Shown: piece by piece, positions 46,762 to 56,416 of the stretch
Layout: each line of letters starts with the position of its first letter
How positions within the stretch are numbered: the stretch's first letter is position 1
DNA from: a virus
Reading direction: 5' to 3' (one strand)
IMG/VR virus record: IMGVR_UViG_3300030117_007745
Coordinates: 48,655 to 112,654 of that record
DNA: 64,000 nt
Translations under genes and position numbers: made by a program
The notes under the pieces: model-generated
Told to the model about the DNA's origin: nothing
The model's input: the letters and a program-made list of their open reading frames with translations, nothing else
Databases searched by the model: none

Positions 46762-49602
46762 TTATTTGCTTTTGTTCATCCTTTGTGTTTTTCTTTTGGA
46801 TGCCTCTTTTCTTGTCTTGGCATAATCATACGCTTTTTTTAGGCGAGATTTAACCTTTGGGTCTTTTGCATTGTTGTAGGCAGCTCTTGACCTTTGGTGA
46901 ATAAGATTAATAATTTGTGACTGTCTTTTGTGAGACTTGGATTTAAAACTAGCTTTTGAAAGAGTATCTTTTATATCTTGAACGGTGCTAAATTTCACAG
47001 ATACAGTATCGGATGGATCTTCATCTGTGTATAATCTTCTACCGGATCCCTTTGGTTTTTTGCCAGTTCCCTTTTTTGGTTCCTTGGCCTCATCTTGATG
47101 CATATGGGGCTCCATATAAGGTTTTCCGGACTTTTTATTCTTCTTTCTTTTCTTTGGCTTTGCCCCTAACGGCAATGAATAACCAGCTACAGAACCTCCA
47201 GCCATTGATGAAATCTCCCCTAATTCAATTTCGGTAGGCTCTAAAATGTCTGGATTTACAACAAAAATCTTTTCAAACCCTTGTTTATAATCAGGAATGT
47301 CCCAAACTATATCAATATTCCTGTATGTAAAATCGTCCCACCTATCTCTTAGATAACCTAGAGTGTCTAAATTGTAAGGTAACATGCGTTTCATTTCTTC
47401 ATCAGCGCCAAGATCAAACCACTTAGCTTGGGGTTTAATGTTAAAAGCATGAACATGCTTGCCCATCATTTCTGCTGTTTCTCTGCTTGGCACAAGATAC
47501 ATTGGCTTGAGATCTCCCAATTCTGATTCATCAGATGAAAAATACCAAGTCTCATCTTTTATCCCTTCAGATATCCTGTGTTCTTCTTCTAGTGCTCCCC
47601 CAAATCCGGGAGGAGCAGATTTAGATCTTGCCTTGGGGGGGTTTTTGTCAAAAGGTGCACCACCCTTCTTTCTTTCTCCCTTTGTAGACATTCTTTTTTT
47701 TGCATGATCTTTTGCATAAAACTTTTGAACAGGCTCCATTTCATTCAGAACCTCTTCAATTAGCCGAAAAAACAAAGGGAGGGCGACGTGTTCATTGGTT
47801 TCTTCAACCTCGCCCTGAACATTTAAAATGTCTAACACGTTTTCTGGATTTATTCCGCTAGGTAGAAATTTTCTTATTTCACCACTCTCAAGAGCTGCTC
47901 TAAAATCAGTAGCACTTAATTCTTCGCCAACTGGGTCGAATGCAAATTTCATTGGATCTAAAACTGTTACGTCATCTTTTGCATATTTTTGAACGTTTTT
48001 TGCGAATCTGCTTTGATCACCGCCCTTGGTGCTCGTCCCTAAAATAACTAACTCTCCGGGTTTGGCATCTTCGCCAACATATTCATATGCAGATCTAACT
48101 GGAGAAGGGTGAGGAGAAGGAATAACATCCACGTTATTTAAATTAGCTACATCAAAATAGTGATTCCAAAGATCTAACGAATTTTCCTGTGTAATTTCTG
48201 TTCCTTTGGGAGTTTTTCGGGGATTTGGTGACACCATTACGACAACTCGGTCTGATTTGTCAGAATAATGTTTAACCATATCTAAATGGCCTCTATGCGG
48301 AGGCTTAAATGCTCCGGGTATAATGGCCACAGTCTCAGTTCTTTCCATTGCTTCGTCAACTCTTGGTATTTTCACACCTCCTCGACCAAACCTGAACAGG
48401 CCCAAAATTTGATTAATCGGAGCAAAGTTTCCTGTAAATTTATATAACTGGCCATCATATTCAAAAACAAAGCCCTCTGCGACAGATGTAATGTTGTCTA
48501 AATGCTTTATTTTTCGCAACTGTTTGGCCAAAATTTCATGTGCCATCTCTTGGCCCGGCCCTTGGTATGCCTGAATTGATTTAATGGCTGTTTCCACTTC
48601 TTTTTTAAGGCGATCAAGTTCTTTAGCATTGTCAAGAACATAAGCACTTTCCATACCTTCCAACATCGCGACGGCAAAGTCATGAATTGCATCTTCAATA
48701 GGCCAGATTAGTTTAGAGATAGTCTTGTTACCGCTTTGAACATATTTTTTAACTTGTTCTCTCATTTGCTGGTCTTTGCCGAGACTGCGGTAAATTTGCG
48801 TAAGAGTTGGAGCGCCTTCCAACTTTAAAGTTCGAGCAACAATTTTATCTTTTACATCATCGCCCAAGGAAGGAAACTTTTCATTTATATCTTCAAGAAG
48901 ATTATCTGTTAGAAATTCTTCAACAGTTATGTCTCCCTCAAGACCAACTTTCTTAATTCTTTCTAAAGCTATTTTTAAATCACTTTTATTATCTATTTTT
49001 TGAAGATTAACAAATGCAGTTCTTTGAACATCAAACTTCTTTCCTTGATTTGCTTGCTCAAATCGATCAATAACACTATCTAAAGCTTTTGATTGTTGTT
49101 CAGTGTTGGCATTCACAACCTTATCTGTTTCTGAGTCGTATTTTTTATGGCCGGCCCCATGAATTGTGATTATGTCTGCATCGTAATTTACTACATTCGA
49201 TGCTCCCGGTCCCATAATTTCAGAATTGTAAAATATTTCTCCATCAGGACCAAATATGGACTCTTTTTCTTCGGGTGACAGTGTTGCAACAGCATTCTCA
49301 AAAGCTGTAAATGCATCTACATACACTTTTTTGACTCTTTCGCCGCCTTGAAATTCTCTCATTGCAAGATCAACAGCGTTCATGCCGCCTTTCTGCATGT
49401 CGCCTTTATTTCTGGCAGCGCGAGCTTCACCGTTTTTAACGCCCAAATAAACATTAAACCCGTCAGTCTTTTCAGTCCCAACGAGTTCTCCTCTACTTGC
49501 AGCCGTCAAAATTTCTGCTATTTTATTGAAAGTTAAGCTTCTGTTATCATATATGTGAGCTAGATGACCAGCTACTCCACCTTCAGCTATCAGTTTTACC
49601 AT
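46762..49602 (-). CDS. Multidomain protein: RNA-ligase-like nucleotidyltransferase + HxGH nucleotidyltransferase + further modules
   Basis: EKTDG, SEI, EGFVF...YK ligase-type motifs; PGAFKPPHRGH...SATDFR; basic C-terminal module with LYTDEDP. Confidence 0.65.
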   Translation of the reverse strand: MVKLIAEGGVAGHLAHIYDNRSLTFNKIAEILTAASRGELVGTEKTDGFNVYLGVKNGEARAARNKGDMQKGGMNAVDLAMREFQGGERVKKVYVDAFTAFENAVATLSPEEKESIFGPDGEIFYNSEIMGPGASNVVNYDADIITIHGAGHKKYDSETDKVVNANTEQQSKALDSVIDRFEQANQGKKFDVQRTAFVNLQKIDNKSDLKIALERIKKVGLEGDITVEEFLTDNLLEDINEKFPSLGDDVKDKIVARTLKLEGAPTLTQIYRSLGKDQQMREQVKKYVQSGNKTISKLIWPIEDAIHDFAVAMLEGMESAYVLDNAKELDRLKKEVETAIKSIQAYQGPGQEMAHEILAKQLRKIKHLDNITSVAEGFVFEYDGQLYKFTGNFAPINQILGLFRFGRGGVKIPRVDEAMERTETVAIIPGAFKPPHRGHLDMVKHYSDKSDRVVVMVSPNPRKTPKGTEITQENSLDLWNHYFDVANLNNVDVIPSPHPSPVRSAYEYVGEDAKPGELVILGTSTKGGDQSRFAKNVQKYAKDDVTVLDPMKFAFDPVGEELSATDFRAALESGEIRKFLPSGINPENVLDILNVQGEVEETNEHVALPLFFRLIEEVLNEMEPVQKFYAKDHAKKRMSTKGERKKGGAPFDKNPPKARSKSAPPGFGGALEEEHRISEGIKDETWYFSSDESELGDLKPMYLVPSRETAEMMGKHVHAFNIKPQAKWFDLGADEEMKRMLPYNLDTLGYLRDRWDDFTYRNIDIVWDIPDYKQGFEKIFVVNPDILEPTEIELGEISSMAGGSVAGYSLPLGAKPKKRKKNKKSGKPYMEPHMHQDEAKEPKKGTGKKPKGSGRRLYTDEDPSDTVSVKFSTVQDIKDTLSKASFKSKSHKRQSQIINLIHQRSRAAYNNAKDPKVKSRLKKAYDYAKTRKEASKRKTQRMNKSK

Positions 49603-49867
49603 TATCTAAATCCTCTTTTATTTCTTCAAGGACATTAACTCTCTCTTCAAGAACATTAATTTGCTCATTCATTTTCTTGGCCATTTTTTTAATTTCTTTA
49701 AGCTGTTGTTTTGCCATTGATAAGCGTCTGCTTTCAACTTGCGTTCTAGGCCTCATATTATCAATAACCTCAGAAAGTGCTTGAATATAAGTTAGTATAT
49801 TAGCGTCAGGAATCTGACCCTCGTGAAGTAAGAAATTTTTTGTCATTCTATAATAATCTGTAGACAT
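49583..49867 (-). CDS. Hypothetical coiled-coil protein
   Basis: 94-aa ORF in the operon. Confidence 0.55.
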   Translation of the reverse strand: MSTDYYRMTKNFLLHEGQIPDANILTYIQALSEVIDNMRPRTQVESRRLSMAKQQLKEIKKMAKKMNEQINVLEERVNVLEEIKEDLDNGKTDS

Positions 49868-49878
49868 ATTTCATAATC

Positions 49879-50088
49879 CTAATTATTTGTTGTTTTCCCC
49901 TTCTTTACAACGTAAGCCTGCGAACTGCCTCTTATTAAAAATGGTATGATACCATTCATTCCAACACTGAAAGGGACTTGATCAACACCATCTTTCTGAT
50001 AGTTAGAAGATGCATTTTCAAATTGATTAATTGTAAAATCAGAACCTATGTCAGGTTTAGGCTCATTGCTAAACGGTCCAAAAGCCAT
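49879..50088 (-). CDS. Hypothetical protein
   Basis: 69-aa ORF in the operon. Confidence 0.5.
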   Translation of the reverse strand: MAFGPFSNEPKPDIGSDFTINQFENASSNYQKDGVDQVPFSVGMNGIIPFLIRGSSQAYVVKKGKTTNN

Positions 50089-50090
50089 AA

Positions 50091-50297
50091 TTATTTATCC
50101 TTTTTTGCAGCTTTCTTTGCCTTCTTTGGCTCTGCCTTCTTTGGCTCTGCTTTCTTTACTTCCTCGACAACTGGCTCATCGAGCAAGGGGGCTACTTTTT
50201 CTACAACCTCTTCCACAATTTCTTGAACGACAGCTTTTGCTCGCGCTGCTGCTGCTCTAAGTTTTTTCTTTAATCTTCTTCTTCTTGGGCTTGGCAT
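50091..50297 (-). CDS. Small basic Lys/Ala/Arg-rich protein
   Basis: MPSPRRRRLKKK...KKAEPKKAEPKKAKKAAKK; preceded by GGAG. Confidence 0.55.
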   Translation of the reverse strand: MPSPRRRRLKKKLRAAAARAKAVVQEIVEEVVEKVAPLLDEPVVEEVKKAEPKKAEPKKAKKAAKKDK

Positions 50298-50298
50298 T

Positions 50299-51105
50299 TT
50301 ATTGCTCTCCTTTTTTTGTCCATTTGGACACTAGTTTATTATAAAGACTTGTATTATACCAAGCCTTGTTGGTTTCTTTAACTTCTTTTTGTTGCCTTGG
50401 TGTTTCTGTTACGATTTGCTTAGACTCTTCTAGCTTGCCGGCAAGCTTCGCTCCAAGTTCTTTAGCATCGTCATGCTCTTTGTCTTGGCTCTTGGCGTAT
50501 TTAGGCTTATCTTTTCCTGAGCCATGTTTTTCTTCCTTAACCTCTTTTTCTTTTTTATCCTTGGCCGCCTTTTTCATCGGCTCTTTTTTATCACCATCTT
50601 TATCTAAATCAAGAAAATCAGGCTTGGCTGCTTTTTCGGCCATAACTTGCTTAAAAGTTTCCGCCACCACTTTCTTTAACTCTTCTTTTGCTATTTGATA
50701 ATGCTCGTTCATTTGGTTTTCTCCTTTAAACTTTAACTGATCTTCATAATCTCTTACATTTAAATTACCTTGTAAATAGGCTTCTTCTTCAATTTCTCTG
50801 CCTTTTCCATCTTTTGCATAATGTCCATCGGTAGTCATATCATCTAAATCACCTCGACAATTTTGTGCGTGGTGAACCAATTCGTGTGAAAAAGAACGCA
50901 AAACATCTTTTGGATGCCTGTTCGTAACATATAAAACTATTAGATTTTGTTCTGGATCATAGTATGCTGTTTTTCCCAAAGGATTTTCAGCATTCTCAGC
51001 ATCTTTACGCATAATAACACGCACTGGGTGATCAAAACCCAAAGCGTTTTTTGCGTGTGGATAGAACTTTTGAACTAGATCTTTAATGTTTTGAGTATTT
51101 TCCAT
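50299..51105 (-). CDS. HExxH metallopeptidase-like domain fused to charged modules
   Basis: SHELVHHAQ...EEEAY; DLDKDGD EF-hand-like loop. Confidence 0.65.
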   Translation of the reverse strand: MENTQNIKDLVQKFYPHAKNALGFDHPVRVIMRKDAENAENPLGKTAYYDPEQNLIVLYVTNRHPKDVLRSFSHELVHHAQNCRGDLDDMTTDGHYAKDGKGREIEEEAYLQGNLNVRDYEDQLKFKGENQMNEHYQIAKEELKKVVAETFKQVMAEKAAKPDFLDLDKDGDKKEPMKKAAKDKKEKEVKEEKHGSGKDKPKYAKSQDKEHDDAKELGAKLAGKLEESKQIVTETPRQQKEVKETNKAWYNTSLYNKLVSKWTKKGEQ

Positions 51106-51111
51106 CACTTA

Positions 51112-51120
51112 ATAAATAGT
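51112..51120 (-). promoter_or_regulatory. Candidate late promoter motif ACTATTTAT
   Basis: 6 nt upstream of the ATG at 51105. Confidence 0.5.
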
Positions 51121-51131
51121 GATGAAAAAGT

Positions 51132-52127
51132 TTAAATTCTATCTTTATTTCCGGAAAAGTAGACGTTGGTGACTGGCGAAGAAAGTGAGATGTGGGAGGT
51201 GAGATATCTTTTCACTTGGTCTTCTTCTTCAAACTTTATAAGTTGATTGCCATTGTAGAATTTCCATTGGCCGACTTCCCTTAAAACATCCATCTTATTA
51301 AAAACAAGATCTGTTACACCATTCATGCGAACTGCTTTTAAGAGATTATCAAGATCCATCCAATTACATTGTCTTTTTCTGCCAGTTGTAGCGCCAAATT
51401 CTTCTCCGATTAGTTGCAGAGCATTAAAGACATCACCGTCTGGTTGGAAACGCTTTGCACCGACATAAGTCTCATAAATCTTAGCAACTCCCCACACTTT
51501 GCGAATAGCCTGTGGGGGTACTCCGTTTAAAAGAGCGGCAGCAGTTGTGCAATGAGAAGAGGTTACATAAGGATAATCTCCATGATCAATATCCAATCCA
51601 AAGCCCTGAGCGCCTTCAAAAAGAATTTCTACATTTGGTTTTGAATATAATTCCTCATACATATCAACAAGATAAGGCTTTAAGCAAGGCATGTCTTCTG
51701 CTCTAAATCCGCTTCTATTGTATTTATCGCGATAGGCCGGCCCATTTCCGCGTTTAGTGGTGCCAATTTTTGAGTCTTTACCATCTTCTTCTTTATGCGA
51801 TTTAGTAATTACATGGGCATTTTTTGCAATCGAAACTAAAGTAGATGCTGGAATACCTGCGTCTTCTAGTTCTTCTATTTCTTTAAAGAATTGATCTGGG
51901 TCTACAACACAGCCCGGTCCAATAATTGATTCAATTCCATAGAAAACTCCGGCCGGGATGTGGTGAGTTACAAATTTTTTACCTTCGTGATAGATGGTAT
52001 GGCCGGCATTGCAACCTCCATTAAATCTAATGACATGTGTGTAATTTCCCTTTGAACATAGGTGGTGGGTAATCTTACCCTTGGCTTCGTCTCCGTGCTG
52101 AAGACCAAGGACAACATCTGCGATCAT
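51132..52127 (-). CDS. purA: Adenylosuccinate synthetase (short form)
   Basis: GLQHGDEAKGK, NAGHT, IGTTKRGNGPAY, EGAQG, YPYVTSS, GATTGRKR. Confidence 0.95.
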   Translation of the reverse strand: MIADVVLGLQHGDEAKGKITHHLCSKGNYTHVIRFNGGCNAGHTIYHEGKKFVTHHIPAGVFYGIESIIGPGCVVDPDQFFKEIEELEDAGIPASTLVSIAKNAHVITKSHKEEDGKDSKIGTTKRGNGPAYRDKYNRSGFRAEDMPCLKPYLVDMYEELYSKPNVEILFEGAQGFGLDIDHGDYPYVTSSHCTTAAALLNGVPPQAIRKVWGVAKIYETYVGAKRFQPDGDVFNALQLIGEEFGATTGRKRQCNWMDLDNLLKAVRMNGVTDLVFNKMDVLREVGQWKFYNGNQLIKFEEEDQVKRYLTSHISLSSPVTNVYFSGNKDRI

Positions 52128-52158
52128 AGTTCCTCTCTTTGTTTGGGTTTGTGATATG

Positions 52159-52187
52159 ACTATACCACATTGAGTATATAAAGTAAA
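52159..52187 (-). promoter_or_regulatory. Sigma70-type promoter for purA
   Basis: TTTACT-N17-TATAGT with an extended TG. Confidence 0.55.
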
Positions 52188-52189
52188 GA

Positions 52190-54364
52190 TTATTCACAAG
52201 CATTATCATCAATAATTTGCATTAAGTTTTCATATAATTGAGCAGGATTACTCACAAGCTCAAACCATTGTCCACCATATATGGTTAGCGGCTCAAATCC
52301 AGCTGGTGCACCCATGAAGTTAGCAGGCCCTTTGTGTGCCTGCAATGTAAAAGTATACACATTTAAATCAACACAGCTTGAGATAAGTTGTTGCAAGTCT
52401 AATTGAGATATACCTTCGTGATATAGAGAGGATAAAACGTTTAATTGTTCAAGCATTGAAAGATAGCTTTGTCCAGCCTCATCTGTAAAGACAATTACAA
52501 CATGTTGAGCATCCTCTCTCCAGTTAATTTCAAAATTTTGAGGAGCAGGATCAGAATAAACATTATATATTGTCCCAAAGTTTTCTAAAAAGCTAAGGTC
52601 TGATATGGGCCATGGCAAAGCAGAAGGAGGTGCAAGATTCCATAAAGAGAGATAAATTATGTCATATATCGGCTCAAGACTAACATTCCAATCAATAGTG
52701 ATGCCGGATAAAGAGCTTATGAAATCGCTAAATGGAGATAAATTAGATAATATTTTTACTACTTGATTATACCCCCAGCCCTGTTCCTTTGGTTCAACAA
52801 ATGGTCCCATTATCAAGCCCCACTGTATCACCTCTTCATCTTTGTAAAATGTAGCGAACTGATTCATGGCCACAAGAACAGCATCAATTTCATCTTGCAT
52901 GGAGGCTGAAGCGTCAATAATAAAAAGAATATCTGTGTCTTTTAGTTCTTTTCCATCATCTACAATACCATCACAATTATCGTCTTCTCCATTACATTCA
53001 TCTGTTTCATTGGGAATAATCTCTCCCATACAATAGTCATTTATAAAAGTATTCCCATCTTCATAGTAATTTCCCCAAGATCCTTTTTCGCATGTCATTT
53101 GGCCGGGCACACAAACGCCAACATACAAGGTTTCAGGATCTCCCGTATAACAACCTTTGAAAAGATCTTCATCTATGGACTGGTTACAGTTGTCATCATG
53201 ATTATTGCAAATTTCATCTACAATAAGACCTTTGAATTTATCGCAATTTTCTGGAACTGGATTTTGATAGGAGCACATAGCAAAGCATTCTGTCATAAAA
53301 ATTTGTTCACAGTCCTCATCAAAACACTCACAAGTTTTATATCCCTGACCGCAAATCAGGGGGGATTCATAACAGGGGAATAGTGCACCTACCATTTGCT
53401 CTGTGCAGAGACACTCCAAGTCCTCATCTACACTTCCATCGCAATCATCATCTAGTCCATTACAGATCTCCATAAATGGAACCTGCGCTGTGCATCCAAT
53501 CCAAGACCCCGCAGCGCAAAATTCAACTCCAGTTTCACAATCTGTTTCACAAAGCTGTTCTAGCTCTTCGTCCGTTTTTCCATCACAATCATTATCAAAG
53601 CCATCGCAGACTTCCTCCGGCACATCCCCGCAGGTTCCACAAGCATTAGTCTGGCCTTCATCAATTAAGCCATCGCAATCATTATCTTTGTAATCGCAAA
53701 TTTCTTCTTGAGGCTCCTCCCCAAAACAAATTTCTTCCCCATCGACACATACTAATTCACCAGCACCACACTCATTTTCGCACTCTTGTATTGGTAAATT
53801 ATCTATTTCTCCGTCGCAATCATCATCTTTCCCATTGCACACTTCTGGCTCACATATTATGCAATCTGTATACTTCCATACACCTTTGTCACACCACTTT
53901 TCTTGAGACCCGTATGCATTACCCCCTGTTTCAACAGGAACTGAACACATAACCACCTCTGCTTCTGTTATAGAAGGGTCACATTCGAATTTTTGTTCGC
54001 AAGGGCCTTTATAAACAACCTCTTCAGGATTTTTACAAGTATCTGTTATTAATTGAAATTCCCATATTTCATTCAAAAATAAGGAAGGAGGGCAGAAAAA
54101 ATACTCTATTTTGTAGCAATCTTGTTGATATTGTTTTTCTAATTGAAAAAGAGTATTAATATTGTCCTTTTCTAATTCACGAGGAGAATATTCTTGATTG
54201 GTTACAATATCATTATCTAAATCATATTTTGGCTCTTCTTCAATTTCTAAATGACCGGGCCAAGGATATGGATTTTCATATATATCCGAGCATCCCATGA
54301 AATTTACCATTACAATAATGGCCATAATGATGAAGAATATTGCTGTTATGAAATGTTTAACCAT
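52190..54364 (-). CDS. Cys-rich lipoprotein with six ExC(N/D)xxD(D/N)(D/N)C repeats (MopE-like) and a C-terminal vWA domain
   Basis: Lipobox FMG-C; repeats such as EVCNGKDDDCDG; DILFIIDASASM MIDAS and VFTDE. Confidence 0.75.
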   Translation of the reverse strand: MVKHFITAIFFIIMAIIVMVNFMGCSDIYENPYPWPGHLEIEEEPKYDLDNDIVTNQEYSPRELEKDNINTLFQLEKQYQQDCYKIEYFFCPPSLFLNEIWEFQLITDTCKNPEEVVYKGPCEQKFECDPSITEAEVVMCSVPVETGGNAYGSQEKWCDKGVWKYTDCIICEPEVCNGKDDDCDGEIDNLPIQECENECGAGELVCVDGEEICFGEEPQEEICDYKDNDCDGLIDEGQTNACGTCGDVPEEVCDGFDNDCDGKTDEELEQLCETDCETGVEFCAAGSWIGCTAQVPFMEICNGLDDDCDGSVDEDLECLCTEQMVGALFPCYESPLICGQGYKTCECFDEDCEQIFMTECFAMCSYQNPVPENCDKFKGLIVDEICNNHDDNCNQSIDEDLFKGCYTGDPETLYVGVCVPGQMTCEKGSWGNYYEDGNTFINDYCMGEIIPNETDECNGEDDNCDGIVDDGKELKDTDILFIIDASASMQDEIDAVLVAMNQFATFYKDEEVIQWGLIMGPFVEPKEQGWGYNQVVKILSNLSPFSDFISSLSGITIDWNVSLEPIYDIIYLSLWNLAPPSALPWPISDLSFLENFGTIYNVYSDPAPQNFEINWREDAQHVVIVFTDEAGQSYLSMLEQLNVLSSLYHEGISQLDLQQLISSCVDLNVYTFTLQAHKGPANFMGAPAGFEPLTIYGGQWFELVSNPAQLYENLMQIIDDNACE

Positions 54365-54390
54365 AATATAAATATATGGAAAAATTTTAT

Positions 54391-54759
54391 TTAGGAAAGT
54401 TTTTCTGGGCGGCTTTGAATATCTTGAATATCAATGCCTTGAATATCTCGAATACCGGGTACCAATGTTTTCTTTAGATAAGTTATTGGATTGGAGTTTT
54501 TACCGACTAGCTCAAACTTTATTTCATACATAACAAAGTTAAATGTATCGGTTTTTCTGGCATAATCTGAAAGGTGTATTACAGTTGTAACCCCAGCTAT
54601 GCCTCTTATTTCATTTAAAATTTGTGTCGTTTCACCAGCTCTTGAATTGTTGGTTCTTAATTTTACAGAAGTTTTATAAATACTTTGTACGTTATCTTGT
54701 TCGGATAAAACAAGTTGATTTTCAACCATTTCTACGAGTTTGTCTAAGCCAATGTTCAT
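54391..54759 (-). CDS. Hypothetical protein
   Basis: Helical leader ending LSE; EIRGIAGVTTV ferredoxin-like motif. Confidence 0.55.
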   Translation of the reverse strand: MNIGLDKLVEMVENQLVLSEQDNVQSIYKTSVKLRTNNSRAGETTQILNEIRGIAGVTTVIHLSDYARKTDTFNFVMYEIKFELVGKNSNPITYLKKTLVPGIRDIQGIDIQDIQSRPEKLS

Positions 54760-55560
54760 TTACCACTTCCTGCAAGACCAATACCTTGCCTTTGTTTTGG
54801 GACCCGGATTATCACAGTTGTGCCTAGCCCTGAATGATTTGCGTCTTGCTGGGTTTGATTTTTTGATTCTCATATTTGGGTCACCAAAATTAACTTTCTT
54901 AACATTGCCTGTTTTTGGGTCTTTTACAAAAACTTTAAACTTTTTTACGTCACCACGCATTGGCTTGTTAAGTTTCACTTTTCTGCCTCTATATTCTGCC
55001 TCAACAACAACATCGTCCCAAAACTCAAGCACAAAGTCAACAACATTGCCATCATCATAAGTTGCATCACTAGGATGAATATAATTGTATTCAATTTCTT
55101 CTATTTGTTCTTTTTTTTGTAGATTGGAGCCTCTGCGTTTGTAGCCTTTGCATTGCGCTGGGGTAGGTCTACATCTGGGATACTTCGATCTCTTTTCTCC
55201 TTTTTGTCTTCCGCAGGATTTACATTTCTTTTTTCCGGTTTTTTTGTCTTTTCGGCAAGTATTGCAATCAACCCATCCTCCTTTTTTACCGGGGGCTCCT
55301 TGACGCTTAAACCATTTCCTTAAGCTCTCATCCTCCTCTAAGGCCTCCATCTGTTCATTTTCTGTGTTTTCATCCAGATTATCATCCGTTTCTTTGAGAC
55401 CTTTCCAGATCTTTCCAGCCCTGCAACGGACAACAGCGCCGGAAGCATAAGCCGAAGGCCAAGCATCATACTTGCGCTTTGCAATACGAGTGCAACGGTC
55501 ATCCTTCTCCTGTAATGAATCTACTTTTTGCCTAAGCCTTTCAACCAATCCTTTGATCAT
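54760..55560 (-). CDS. Modular basic phage protein (Cys/Lys/Arg-rich modules)
   Basis: Modules WPSAYASG, SLRKWF..WVDC..YPRCRP, and KVNFGDPNM...SFRARHNC...YWSC separated by acidic Glu linkers. Confidence 0.65.
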   Translation of the reverse strand: MIKGLVERLRQKVDSLQEKDDRCTRIAKRKYDAWPSAYASGAVVRCRAGKIWKGLKETDDNLDENTENEQMEALEEDESLRKWFKRQGAPGKKGGWVDCNTCRKDKKTGKKKCKSCGRQKGEKRSKYPRCRPTPAQCKGYKRRGSNLQKKEQIEEIEYNYIHPSDATYDDGNVVDFVLEFWDDVVVEAEYRGRKVKLNKPMRGDVKKFKVFVKDPKTGNVKKVNFGDPNMRIKKSNPARRKSFRARHNCDNPGPKTKARYWSCRKW

Positions 55561-56192
55561 TTTTTGTTGTCCTTGTCATCTAGATAAGCTGCTATTGCCA
55601 TTTTTTGTTTCTTTTTATCGCTCTTTCCCTTGAATTGAGGAGCTTTTGATTTACGAAAATCATCAACATAGGCACCTGCACCCATGCTAGGTTTTAGTTT
55701 TTCTTCCATTTCCTGCGATGGGACAAGAAGATAGTCTCTCATTTTATTTAACATTGAGGCAGATACAGCCATCTTGTTCGTCCACCAAGTTGGAAGATGG
55801 CCATCCATTTGCTCTAAAGCTTGAAGCATTTGGCCGGCATCTTCAATAATTGTCTTCATTGCTCGAACAGCAGAGGGAATATCTGTATGACCATCTTCGT
55901 TTAATTCAACTTCTGATTTCATAGCATCCTCTATCGCATCAGATACCATAGACATGATCACCTTTACAGCCTCTTCATGCATATCTTTAGGATCTTTAGA
56001 TACTGGCTCATCTGTATCAGCATACACTTGATCTTGCTTAACTGGGATCATCATCTCTTTATATGCCGCCTGAACAGCAGAATCAATGTTTTCCATTGTT
56101 TCCACATCAATACCTTCGTTTAGTTGCGAAGCTTTATAAGAATTAATTTCTTCTTGGATAATCTGTTGTAATCTTTGCTTTGTAATTTTCAT
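55557..56192 (-). CDS. Leader-tagged modular protein (MKITKQRLQQIIQEE)
   Basis: Shared leader; modules after LNE and MEE junctions. Confidence 0.75.
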   Translation of the reverse strand: MKITKQRLQQIIQEEINSYKASQLNEGIDVETMENIDSAVQAAYKEMMIPVKQDQVYADTDEPVSKDPKDMHEEAVKVIMSMVSDAIEDAMKSEVELNEDGHTDIPSAVRAMKTIIEDAGQMLQALEQMDGHLPTWWTNKMAVSASMLNKMRDYLLVPSQEMEEKLKPSMGAGAYVDDFRKSKAPQFKGKSDKKKQKMAIAAYLDDKDNKK

Positions 56193-56416
56193 TCTGATTC
56201 GCTTTCCTTTAAAGCTTTATGAAGCGCTTGAATAACTCCACCATCTAAATGAGGATACTTACCCTCTAGAGCATCTTCGGCGGCCTCTTTCAACATTTCA
56301 GCTAACTTTCTTCTAACTTGCCCTTTAAGAAGCTTTCCATAGCCGGGAACCATAATAATATCATCATCGAGTTCCTCTTTAATTATTTCTTTTAATCTTT
56401 GTTTTGTAATTTTCAC
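56189..56416 (-). CDS. Leader-tagged small protein (MKITKQRLKEIIKEE)
   Basis: GTG start with the shared leader. Confidence 0.7.
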   Translation of the reverse strand: MKITKQRLKEIIKEELDDDIIMVPGYGKLLKGQVRRKLAEMLKEAAEDALEGKYPHLDGGVIQALHKALKESESE

